A stretch of DNA of 32,000 nucleotides from Acutalibacteraceae bacterium (lineage in GTDB: Bacteria; Bacillota; Clostridia; Oscillospirales; Acutalibacteraceae). This document shows, piece after piece, positions 1 through 7,688 of the stretch (position 1 is the first letter of the stretch; every line of letters starts with the position of its first letter). The DNA is taken from contig JAZUQA010000002.1 in the NCBI GenBank assembly GCA_045605425.1, forward strand, positions 358,715 through 390,714, given 5' to 3'. A program made the position numbers and the translations under genes. Under the pieces are notes generated by a model, which had not been told where the DNA came from, made no database searches, and saw only the letters and a program-made list of their open reading frames with translations.

Positions 1-899
1 CAATTCTGCGAGCAATGGGCGACACAATGCGTCCGCTCTATTTCCTTACCATATCGGGTATTATCAACGTGCTTCTCAACCTGTTTTTCGTGTGCGTATT
101 CCATATGGATGTTGCAGGTGTTGCGCTGGCAACGATTATTTCGCAGTATGTTTCCGCCGTGCTTGTCGTAATCTGTCTTTCAAAGCTGGAAAACTGCTGT
201 CACCTGAATTTCAAAGAAATTAAACTGCACAAAAAAGACGTTGGCGAAATGCTGCGTGTCGGTTTACCGGCAGGAATTCAGAGCTCAATGTTCTCGGTTT
301 CAAACGTGCTTATTCAGTCGTCAATCAATTCCTTCGGTTCAACGGTTATGGCGGCAAACGCCGCAGCCGCCAATATCGAAGGCTTCACCTACACGGCAAT
401 GAACTCGATTTATCAGGCTTCAATCACCTTTACCAGCCAGAATGTCGGCGCAAAGAAGCCCGAAAGAATAGGCAAGGTCTGTACGGTCTGCCTGCTGACG
501 GTAACGGCAATCGGCATTGTTATGGGCTGCGGCTCATATCTTCTGGGCGAAAGCCTGCTGAAAATCTACTCCAATGACCCCACTATCATTCCCTACGGAA
601 TGATAAGGCTCAGATACGTCTGCCTGCCCTATTTTATGTGCGGCGTAATGGAGGTTTTTGTAGGACTGCTCAGAGGTATGAACTGTTCAGCCGCTCCGAT
701 GATTGTTTCGATTTTCGGCTCGTGTGTTTTCAGAGTCGCCTGGGTATATACCGCCTTCCGTGTGAGCCCCACACTTGAAACGCTGTACATCGCATATATT
801 ATCTCGTGGACAATCTGCTCGCTTATCCAGTTTGCGTGCTATCTGTTTGTGAAGAAAAGAACAACTAGAAGGCTCACGCAAGCAATGAATAATGAATAA
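1..899 (+). CDS. MATE-family efflux transporter, C-terminal part (5' end outside window)
   Basis: The open frame enters from the window edge (ORF track 15..899). The translation is strongly hydrophobic and multi-TM, with MATE-like stretches (GLPAGIQSSMFSVSNVLIQSSINSFG, AANAAAANIEGF). Stop at 897-899 is followed by a hairpin terminator. Confidence 0.75.
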   Translation, partial: ILRAMGDTMRPLYFLTISGIINVLLNLFFVCVFHMDVAGVALATIISQYVSAVLVVICLSKLENCCHLNFKEIKLHKKDVGEMLRVGLPAGIQSSMFSVSNVLIQSSINSFGSTVMAANAAAANIEGFTYTAMNSIYQASITFTSQNVGAKKPERIGKVCTVCLLTVTAIGIVMGCGSYLLGESLLKIYSNDPTIIPYGMIRLRYVCLPYFMCGVMEVFVGLLRGMNCSAAPMIVSIFGSCVFRVAWVYTAFRVSPTLETLYIAYIISWTICSLIQFACYLFVKKRTTRRLTQAMNNE

Positions 900-948
900 T
901 GAATAGTGAACAATTGTGGGCGGGACACCCGCACCCGAATAAAAAGCG

Positions 949-975
949 AGGAAGGGCTGTGCCCTTCCTTTATTG
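949..975 (+). terminator. Rho-independent terminator after the MATE gene
   Basis: 9-bp stem AGGAAGGGC (949-957) / GCCCTTCCT (961-969) with a 3-nt loop, followed by T-rich TTATTGTT. Confidence 0.6.
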
Positions 976-1089
976 TTCATTATTCATCAGCTTAAGCGAC
1001 TTCATCATTCATTATTCATTAACAGCTTATCTGCGATAAGCTGTTATACGTCCGCAAGTGCTGCTTGACATTAATCAAGCAATCTGTGC

Positions 1090-1118
1090 TTGGCTTGAAG
1101 AGGTGTTTATGCTATAAT
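1090..1118 (+). promoter_or_regulatory. Sigma-A type promoter for the 1168 gene
   Basis: TTGGCT (1090-1095), 17-nt spacer, TATAAT (1113-1118) preceded by TGC, about 50 nt upstream of the ATG. Confidence 0.5.
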
Positions 1119-1167
1119 CGGGTTGTAGCTACGAAACAACCTTACCGCATACACAGGAGGCGGAAAA

Positions 1168-3369
1168 ATGACTACAGGCGAAAAAATACAATACTACCGC
1201 AAAAAGCTCTCGCTTTCGCAGGAGGAGCTCGGACAAAAGCTGCTCGTCAGCCGACAGACCGTAAGCCTCTGGGAAAACGGGCAGACCGCACCGACAATAG
1301 ATAACCTTGTAAGGCTCAAAGAAATCTTCGGCGTATCGGTAGACGAGCTGTTGGGCTGTGAAACCGCAGCCGCAGAGGAAAGCCCCGAAGGCAACTCCGA
1401 CACCCCCGTACCGAGTGAGAGCTACAGTGTAAGCTTTTATAAAAACGAGCTTGATAATATATATAAATATATTTTGAAGCTCTCCTTCAAAAAACCGTTG
1501 ATTTCAATAATCATCCTTGCGGCAATGCTTGCCATTTATATATCAATAGATGTGCAAGATGTTATGATCGGCGTTTTTGCCGGCGTCCTGTTCATTTTCG
1601 TTGTTTCCGTTTTTAAGCAGTTTCTGTCCCACAGAAAAATTTGGCGTGAAAGCTTGAAAAAGGTTACAAGCAGCCGATATGAATATCGGGTTTATGACGA
1701 TTATTTTACGGTTGACATAATCAGAAACAATGAGCTGATGAGGTCGGAAAAAATCAAGTTCACTGACATTAAAAACGCTCACGGTTCAGATGATGAAAAA
1801 TACGTTCTGTTAAACATTAATAATCAGTTGTACATTTTAAGAAAAAACGATCTTGTCTCAAACTCCGCATTTTATAAAGCACTTTATAATTCTTCAAAGC
1901 AGCCCGACAAAAAAGACGCAAAAAAACTGATAGCTGCAGCAAATGTTTTCTTTGTCCTTTCCCTTGTTGCTGTATTGCTTTTAAGTGCTGTTCAGTATGA
2001 AGCTTTTATGCTTGAAAACCCGTGGCTTTATGCACTGTCGCTGCCTATACCCGTTATATGTACAATACTCGGGTTTGCGCTGAAGGCAAAGGGCTTCAGC
2101 CACAAGAAAAACGTTGCCGTCGGACTTATCGTAACAGTTTTTTTGTGTATTGCTTTTTCATTCAATTATTTTCTTTCGGATATAGGATATGACCCTGTTG
2201 CATCTTTTACCGAAGAAACAAGAATTGCCCTGCCCGAAGAGGTAATTGACGAATACACCGTAGAATTTACCGACGATACTCAACCCAGCGATAACGGATA
2301 TATCTATTCAATGTCAAGAGTTATATTTGAGGAATATTCCGCAGAAGCCTTTGAAAACAGCCTTGACCATGACCCTCGCTGGCTGAATGAATTTCCCGAA
2401 GAATTTGACAGTATACTTTTACCTTTGGACTTTGACGAGGGACATAAAACAGCCAACAAAATGATGCTTTACAGCCATTACAGCGGCGAATACAACACCA
2501 TACCCTACCACGAAGAACCGTATTACCTTATGGCTGTTTTCTACTACAACGACACAAATATGCTTGAAATTTTTGAGTACGACTACATTGGTCCTAATAA
2601 ACAAAACGATGAAAACGCAAAGGAGAAAATTATGAAAATTAGAATTAGTGAAGTCGTCACTTGGATTGAATGGGACAGTGAGGACGAAGATGACAATATT
2701 TACGAAGTGGTAAATTGGTTTGAGAAAAGCAGTTATCAATTCTTTTCTACAGAATGGTTGCTTGAAAAATTCGGCTACGGTAATTATCAGGAAATTGTCG
2801 ATTCGGGCTTTTTTATCCCTGTTTCAAAAACCGATACGGTTGCCATTATGAAGCAATTTGTCGCCTCTCATAACGAAGGCGAAGAGATTGACAAAGAAAT
2901 TGACAACATCATAAAAAATGATAATTACGGCTATAATTCAGGTTATGCTGTTGCGTTCAGAATTCTTATGGAAGTTAACGAAGATATTTTGGATGAATAC
3001 GTACAGTTTGAAAAAGAACGTCTGACAAAAGACGCTGTTAAATGGTGCGAAGAAAACGGAATAGCGTATTATTTTGAAAACAGCGAATACAGAAAAATTG
3101 ATATAAACGCTATTGCGGATTACGGTATATATTATAGCGATGACGAAGATGCTAATGGAACTGTTTTGTTCGATGTCAAAAAATTTGAAACTATTTCTTT
3201 TGATGAAGCCAAGGAAAATTTAGGTGCTGGCAAAGTATCTGAATTATTATATTCTGGTCGTTTCATAGAGTTATTCCGTACAGATGTAACGGTATTACAG
3301 AAAGACTATGTATCAGCATATAAAAACGGAAAGTATCTTGCAAAAATCGAAAAGACAATGGCTAAATAA
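1168..3369 (+). CDS. XRE-family HTH membrane protein with a large C-terminal region (733 aa)
   Basis: AGGAGG RBS before ATG 1168. N-terminal HTH (LSLSQEELGQKLLVSRQTVSLWENGQTAPTIDNLVRLKEIFGVSVDELL). Several hydrophobic TM segments lie at about aa 110-160 and 250-335. An in-frame AAGGAG+ATG at 2632 suggests a modular C-terminal part. Confidence 0.8.
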   Translation: MTTGEKIQYYRKKLSLSQEELGQKLLVSRQTVSLWENGQTAPTIDNLVRLKEIFGVSVDELLGCETAAAEESPEGNSDTPVPSESYSVSFYKNELDNIYKYILKLSFKKPLISIIILAAMLAIYISIDVQDVMIGVFAGVLFIFVVSVFKQFLSHRKIWRESLKKVTSSRYEYRVYDDYFTVDIIRNNELMRSEKIKFTDIKNAHGSDDEKYVLLNINNQLYILRKNDLVSNSAFYKALYNSSKQPDKKDAKKLIAAANVFFVLSLVAVLLLSAVQYEAFMLENPWLYALSLPIPVICTILGFALKAKGFSHKKNVAVGLIVTVFLCIAFSFNYFLSDIGYDPVASFTEETRIALPEEVIDEYTVEFTDDTQPSDNGYIYSMSRVIFEEYSAEAFENSLDHDPRWLNEFPEEFDSILLPLDFDEGHKTANKMMLYSHYSGEYNTIPYHEEPYYLMAVFYYNDTNMLEIFEYDYIGPNKQNDENAKEKIMKIRISEVVTWIEWDSEDEDDNIYEVVNWFEKSSYQFFSTEWLLEKFGYGNYQEIVDSGFFIPVSKTDTVAIMKQFVASHNEGEEIDKEIDNIIKNDNYGYNSGYAVAFRILMEVNEDILDEYVQFEKERLTKDAVKWCEENGIAYYFENSEYRKIDINAIADYGIYYSDDEDANGTVLFDVKKFETISFDEAKENLGAGKVSELLYSGRFIELFRTDVTVLQKDYVSAYKNGKYLAKIEKTMAK

Positions 3370-3563
3370 GACTGTCCTTTTTCCGAAGCTTTTGAAATAG
3401 TGTTTGGCGACGGAAACCTTTATACTGAATGGGATAGTTTTATAAATAAGAAATTAATGAGTGATGCTATAGAATGGTGCAACAAACACAATATTGATTT
3501 CTTCATTTCCAAAGACCAACCCGACCATTTGGGGAGTAATTTTTAAAATTGCAGGCTCATACC

Positions 3564-3677
3564 CTGTAGGGGCGATTCACGAATCGACCGAAATTTACTG
3601 ACATATCGTTTTTGAAACGGACAATTCGTGAATTGTCCCTACAACTCACTGTCATTCTGAACGAAAGTGAAGAATTC
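3564..3677. repeat. REP/MITE-like hairpin repeats (two families)
   Basis: CTGTAGGGGCGATTCACGAATCGACC (3564-3589) and its imperfect inverted copy CGGACAATTCGTGAATTGTCCCTACAA (3618-3644). Also TGTCATTCTGAACGAAAGTGAAGAATTC (3649-3677), which recurs at 4123-4151 and inverted at 4166-4195. Confidence 0.65.
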
Positions 3678-3703
3678 TACAAACAGAACGCAAGGAGATA
3701 ATT

Positions 3704-4111
3704 ATGAGAACAATCGAACTGTTACACTCAATTGCACGGCTTTTTGATTTCAAGGTTATTAAGGATACCGAGGACACCGAATACGTTGTTTACAAACACA
3801 GCCATATGGACAGCGTCGGTACTCCGCCCGAGGACAAGACGGCTTTTGAGGCGCTTGAAAACCACGAACATATTTCCGTAAGGCAGAAAATGTCCGATTT
3901 TGACAACGCCTGTTTTATTGCACAAAGCCTCGGAAACGCCCAGCTTGCCGCACTCAAACAAGCCTTCCCCGACAAAAAATTTATCGTTTTTGTCAGCGTT
4001 CACAAAGACGAAATAATTATCCGTTTTCATCAGAAATGGGAAAACGAACCCGTTTACTATGACGTAAACGCCAAATACGAAGACTGCTCAAAGCTCTTTG
4101 CGTTTGAATAA
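3704..4111 (+). CDS. hypothetical protein (135 aa)
   Basis: AAGGAG RBS 7 nt before the ATG and a clean ORF. No recognisable motif. Flanked by inverted copies of the TGTCATTCTGAACG..GTGAAGAAT repeat. Confidence 0.6.
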   Translation: MRTIELLHSIARLFDFKVIKDTEDTEYVVYKHSHMDSVGTPPEDKTAFEALENHEHISVRQKMSDFDNACFIAQSLGNAQLAALKQAFPDKKFIVFVSVHKDEIIIRFHQKWENEPVYYDVNAKYEDCSKLFAFE

Positions 4112-4122
4112 GCATAAAAGCG

Positions 4123-4331
4123 ATGTCATCCTGAGCATGTGCGAAGGATCTTTTACGCACAGTCTAAGATTCTTCACTTGCGTTCAGAATGACATATTTT
4201 TTTGTTGGATAACAGCCGTAAAAAATGTTTCACGCAAAGGGACGTCGAGGACGCCGTCCCCTACGGTTTACTCATAATTCACATTTCCCATCAAACCATA
4301 CCGTGTAGGGGCAATTCACGAATTGCCCGCC
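4123..4331. repeat. Cluster of REP/MITE-like hairpin repeats upstream of smpB
   Basis: ATGTCATCCTGAGCATGTGCGAAGGATCT (4123-4151) pairs with AAGATTCTTCACTTGCGTTCAGAATGACAT (4166-4195). GGGACGTCGAGGACGCCGTCCCCTAC lies at 4239-4264. A third copy of GTAGGGGCAATTCACGAATTGCCC lies at 4302-4331. Confidence 0.65.
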
Positions 4332-4403
4332 ACAAAAAAGATATAATAATAAACAAGACAACTCAAAGGCGTCCTTACGCCGAAAATTGTCAATGTGTTT
4401 CAC

Positions 4404-4431
4404 TTGACAAAGCCGTAATATGTGTTAAAAT
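4404..4431 (+). promoter_or_regulatory. Candidate promoter for smpB
   Basis: TTGACA (4404-4409), 16-nt spacer, TAAAAT (4426-4431), about 50 nt upstream of the smpB start. Confidence 0.4.
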
Positions 4432-4481
4432 AATCTTTGCGAAAGCCATAGGTGACGAGAATAAAGTGAGGTGAGAGGCTT

Positions 4482-4946
4482 TTGGAAAATCAGAACGGCA
4501 AAACAGTTGCACAGAATAAGAAAGCCTATCACGACTACTTCGTCATTGAAGAGGCAGAGGCAGGCATTGAGCTTTTCGGCACGGAGGTCAAGTCCATCCG
4601 CCAGGGCAGAGTCAATCTCAAGGACTCGTGGTGCTCAATCAAGGAGGGCGAGATTTTCGTAAACGGTATGCACATCAGCCCCTACGAACACGGCAACATC
4701 TTCAACCGTGACCCGCTTCGTGTGCGCAGGCTGCTTATGCACAAGCGTGAAATCAACCGCCTTTTCGGTCTGACGAAGCAGCAGGGCTACGCAATCGTTC
4801 CCCTTTCGCTCTATTTTGTAAAGGGAAAAGCTAAACTCAAAATCGGTCTATGTAAAGGCAAGAAACTTTACGACAAGCGTGAGGTTGCAGCTAAAAAAGA
4901 TGCCCAGCGTGATATTGAGAGAAACTTATCAATTCGTAATTCGTAA
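4482..4946 (+). CDS. smpB: SsrA-binding protein SmpB
   Basis: The translation matches the SmpB pattern ([38 protein letters not shown]....[24 protein letters not shown]). TTG start follows a GAGGTGAGAGG RBS. The gene lies near ssrA. Confidence 0.95.
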   Translation: MENQNGKTVAQNKKAYHDYFVIEEAEAGIELFGTEVKSIRQGRVNLKDSWCSIKEGEIFVNGMHISPYEHGNIFNRDPLRVRRLLMHKREINRLFGLTKQQGYAIVPLSLYFVKGKAKLKIGLCKGKKLYDKREVAAKKDAQRDIERNLSIRNS

Positions 4947-5092
4947 ATCAACCAAAGGTTGTGCCTGTTTTTCGGCAATATCAACCTATGGTTAAGCAAA
5001 AATATACGATTTCAACCTTTGTTCGCTTCAAAAAAACGCTATTCTCCGATAGAATAAAGGCACAAATTCATTTGCCGAAAGGAGAACACGAA

Positions 5093-5659
5093 ATGTCATT
5101 ATTCAGCAGAAAACAAAACGAGGCCCCCCAAGAAGAGCAAGTTATCCAAGAAGAAAAGGTTGCAGAAACTCTCGGTGCAAAAATTGCAAGGCTGAGGAAA
5201 GAAAAGGGTTACACTCAGGAAGAGTTCTCACAGCTGCTTGATGTAACGGCACAGGCTGTATCAAAATGGGAAAACGACATCTCCTGCCCCGATATTATGC
5301 TGCTTCCTAAAATTTCACAGTTGCTCGGAGTAAGCATTGACGAAATGCTCGGCAACTCCGCACCGAAAGCCGAAACGGCAGAGGAAACAAAGCCCAAGGT
5401 CGATATAAACAAACTCAACCTTAGAATCAGAGTTACGGGCGAGGGCAAAAAGCCTGTAAATGTCGCTTTTCCGATGGCAATGGTAAAAAAATTCACCAAG
5501 CTCGGAACTGGTATTTCAAATATTGTAAATGTCAATTCTCCGTCAATCGACAGCAAAAAAATCGAACAGATTTTTGACCTTGTTGACGAAGGCGTAACAG
5601 GCGAAGTGCTGAATATAACAGACGAAAACGGACAAAATATAATCATTGAAATAAGTTGA
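5093..5659 (+). CDS. XRE-family HTH protein (188 aa)
   Basis: AAAGGAG RBS before ATG 5093; the ORF-track start at 4961 lacks an RBS. HTH segment: LGAKIARLRKEKGYTQEEFSQLLDVTAQAVSKWENDISCPDIMLLPKISQLLGVSIDEML. Confidence 0.8.
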   Translation: MSLFSRKQNEAPQEEQVIQEEKVAETLGAKIARLRKEKGYTQEEFSQLLDVTAQAVSKWENDISCPDIMLLPKISQLLGVSIDEMLGNSAPKAETAEETKPKVDINKLNLRIRVTGEGKKPVNVAFPMAMVKKFTKLGTGISNIVNVNSPSIDSKKIEQIFDLVDEGVTGEVLNITDENGQNIIIEIS

Positions 5660-5744
5660 AACATAACTTGCTTTTGAGTGAAACGGGTAAATACTTCTTC
5701 ACTGTTCACCTTTACCTGTTCGCTCACACGCAAGTGTGATATAC

Positions 5745-6098
5745 GGGGATGAAAGGATTTCGACGGGGATTCAGAGTCACGATAAGCGAGTAGCAGTGCG
5801 GATACTGCTTTAAAAGCCGCAGTTTATTAAAAATAAACGACAACAATACAGTTCTTAAAGCTGCTTAACTTTTAGCAGCCGTCGTTACCGGGAGTACCGC
5901 GGCCCGGATAACGGCGTCGATTAGCGGTGAACGTGCGTGTCAGATTAGCCTTGTATGACACCATGAACTAAAGGCTACCGTAGGGTAAAGCCTGCCGGTC
6001 GGCGCTACCCGAGGGGAATCCTAAAAGAGCGGATACACTCGTAGAAAGTTGTGGTAATGGGTTTTCGGACGCGGTTTCGATTACCGCCATCTCCACCA
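5745..6098 (+). ncRNA. ssrA: tmRNA (transfer-messenger RNA)
   Basis: The 5' end GGGGATGAAAGGATTTCGACGGGG and the 3' end GGACGCGGTTTCGATTACCGCCATCTCCACCA form the tRNA-like domain. The internal tag frame ends AAC GAC AAC AAT ACA GTT CTT AAA GCT GCT TAA (..NDNNTVLKAA-stop), with the stop in the loop of hairpin GCTGCT-TAACTTTT-AGCAGC. The resume codon is uncertain. Confidence 0.95.
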
Positions 6099-6172
6099 AA
6101 CACAAGTCAGACGAACACCTACTACTTCTTCACAGGCGGCTTCGCCGTGAGAGTGGAACTCTGACAAAACAG

Positions 6173-6207
6173 AAAAAACCAAGGTTAGAAATAGCCTTGG
6201 TTTTTTT
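6173..6207 (+). terminator. Rho-independent terminator downstream of ssrA
   Basis: AAAAAACCAAGG (6173-6184) pairs with CCTTGGTTTTTT (6195-6206) across a 10-nt loop, followed by a T7 run. Confidence 0.8.
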
Positions 6208-6509
6208 GTTTGTGTAGTGATAAAATAATAAGAAAGAGCATCTTATAGAAGTAACTCGGCAAATATTGCAAATAGTGGGCAATAAGTGATTATTTCAACG
6301 TCGCTCAGTTCACATTAACAGTTGAGACTGCAAAGGAATATCCCTATTCCAAATCTGGAAAAAGATGTGTACACACTTGGAATGATACTGAAGTAAAACT
6401 GTATGTCTAACATAAATCTCCGACTCATCCAAGCTGAGGATTTATGCAACCAATCACATAGATTCTATTGAGCCAATTAAAACACTGTATGATACAGAAT
6501 TGAAATAAC

Positions 6510-6538
6510 TTGAAAAATAAGAAAAATTATGATATACT
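6510..6538 (+). promoter_or_regulatory. Near-consensus sigma-A promoter
   Basis: TTGAAA (6510-6515), exactly 17-nt spacer, TATACT (6533-6538). The predicted start is about 6545, at the 5' end of the tRNA-like leader. Confidence 0.65.
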
Positions 6539-6544
6539 ATTTTT

Positions 6545-6690
6545 ACCGGTGATGGTGTAATTGGTATAACACAGTCTGATAGCGGATGTACCAGCAACGG
6601 GAAGTCTTCTATTGGAAAATCACGCAGGTTCGAACCCTGCCGCCGAAAGAAATTGCAATGTGTGATTTTTTTCGGGGGCAGAGTTTTTTT
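6545..6690 (+). ncRNA. Structured tRNA-like leader RNA ending in an intrinsic terminator (candidate attenuator or antitoxin-like RNA)
   Basis: D-arm-like GTGT-AATTGGTATA-ACAC (6555-6572). T-arm-like GCAGG-TTCGAAC-CCTGC (6624-6640). 5-bp acceptor-like pairing of CGGTG (6547-6551) with CGCCG (6641-6645). Terminator CTGCCGCCGAAA (6637-6648) / TTTCGGGGGCAG (6670-6681) plus T7 (6684-6690). The terminator's 5' arm overlaps the T-arm and acceptor 3' strand. Confidence 0.5.
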
Positions 6691-6704
6691 ACGGAGTTGA
6701 GCAC

Positions 6705-7520
6705 ATGGACAGAAAAGACTACTACGAACATTATCAGTCCAATCTCCAATTGTTGGATTGTGAGATGGAGCAAGTGAAGAGCGCAGCACAGCAGGCAATC
6801 GGTGAAAAAGCTTGGCTAGAAAAAATGCATCGTGATGAAAATCAGATTGCAACAATTGACAATAATATTAAAGCATGTACGAGATTGTACACTTTCTTGC
6901 TGTGTTCTTGGTTTGAAGCGCGGCTACTAAAGATGCTTTATGAGAATTCATCTGTTGCATTTACGGATCAGGAAATCGTCACCATTAGAAGCAATCGACC
7001 AAATTATAAGAAAATGAACCAAAAGTGGACAGAGAGCTTCTCCATAGCAGTATGCCGAAGTTATGGCTTTTCATATATTCCAAACACAGATTATACCTCT
7101 CAGTTTGTTAACGGGAGTATTGATCAAAGGAACTACTCTACTGTGTGTAGTTTTTTTTCTGATATCGACGACGCAATTACCATTCGCAACAGATTAGGAC
7201 ACGGACAATGGGACGTTCAATTCAATGGTAATAATACCAATGTGGCTAACTATTCTTTTTTTACGAAATACGACAATATTCAGAAACTCAACATGTTAAA
7301 ACAGGCATTCAATGAAATTGCCGAAATTATCAATTCCTATGTTACATATAAAGATAAACACAACCCAAACTTTAATACGCTTATTGAAAAGAAGATTAAC
7401 AATGTGTCTCAAATAAAAACCAGAATTCAAAACTCAGATTTTGAAAAATATGCACGTCAATTTGAGAAACTGCATGCACGAAAAGTTGAAATCTCCAAGC
7501 AAAATAAAACTTCTAATTAA
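6705..7520 (+). CDS. HEPN-like (Rx4H) domain protein, abortive-infection-like (271 aa)
   Basis: GGAG RBS right after the leader terminator. AITIRNRLGHGQW contains the R-x4-H HEPN motif in a mostly helical protein. Located in AT-rich accessory DNA. Confidence 0.6.
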   Translation: MDRKDYYEHYQSNLQLLDCEMEQVKSAAQQAIGEKAWLEKMHRDENQIATIDNNIKACTRLYTFLLCSWFEARLLKMLYENSSVAFTDQEIVTIRSNRPNYKKMNQKWTESFSIAVCRSYGFSYIPNTDYTSQFVNGSIDQRNYSTVCSFFSDIDDAITIRNRLGHGQWDVQFNGNNTNVANYSFFTKYDNIQKLNMLKQAFNEIAEIINSYVTYKDKHNPNFNTLIEKKINNVSQIKTRIQNSDFEKYARQFEKLHARKVEISKQNKTSN

Positions 7521-7537
7521 TTTTGCTCCACGGTTCT

Positions 7538-7584
7538 TTGGACTGTTCCAATTTGTGCGGATAGTACAAATTGGAACAGTCCAA
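7538..7584 (+). terminator. Long hairpin terminator after the HEPN gene
   Basis: Perfect 19-bp stem TTGGACTGTTCCAATTTGT (7538-7556) / ACAAATTGGAACAGTCCAA (7566-7584), followed by TATTTCTATT. Confidence 0.7.
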
Positions 7585-7688
7585 TATTTCTATTCTACCA
7601 TAGGAAGGTGCGTTTTCTATTGTCCGTTTACGGACTTGTGCAATTGTTAGAGCCTGATATTATTTATATAAAAACAGAGGTGATAATT

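Noticed and set aside
884-1045. AATGAATAATGAA repeats and the palindrome AACAGCTTATC-TGC-GATAAGCTGTT as a mobile element or operator
   Set aside because: The short inverted AT-rich repeats flank the MATE terminator and are probably part of terminator or REP-like structure. Nothing in the sequence assigns them a specific function.
4202-4662. ORFs 4202..4474 and 4471..4662
   Set aside because: The first is a translation of the REP-like hairpin repeats and the smpB promoter region. The second is an out-of-frame overlap of smpB.
5215-5733. 172-aa minus-strand ORF antisense to the HTH gene
   Set aside because: It is a shadow ORF opposite a well-supported RBS-preceded gene, with a low-complexity Ser/Phe-rich translation. 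The same reasoning applies to the other antisense or overlapping track ORFs. Examples are 687..980, 1065..1304, 1194..1403, 1543..1782, 2419..2739, 3728..4030, 6454..6855, 8984..9337, 10330..10635, 13084..13389, 18300..18608, 22612..22905, 24424..24699 and 26107..26548, plus those inside the ATPase and polymerase genes.
6547-6600. Fluoride (crcB-motif) riboswitch, suggested by GGTGATGG...CTGATA
   Set aside because: The resemblance is limited to a few nucleotides recalled from memory. The rest of the consensus is not present, and the downstream gene has no link to fluoride.
6547-6648. Possible canonical tRNA (or tRNA-Sec) gene
   Set aside because: D-arm and T-arm look-alikes are present, but the 51 nt between them cannot form a 5-bp anticodon stem with a U33-type 7-nt loop. 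The acceptor pairs for only 5 bp. There are 3 nt instead of 2 before the D-stem. I report it as a tRNA-like leader instead.
7441-7650. 69-aa ORF bridging the HEPN and HNH-like genes
   Set aside because: It spans the 19-bp perfect terminator hairpin and has no RBS.
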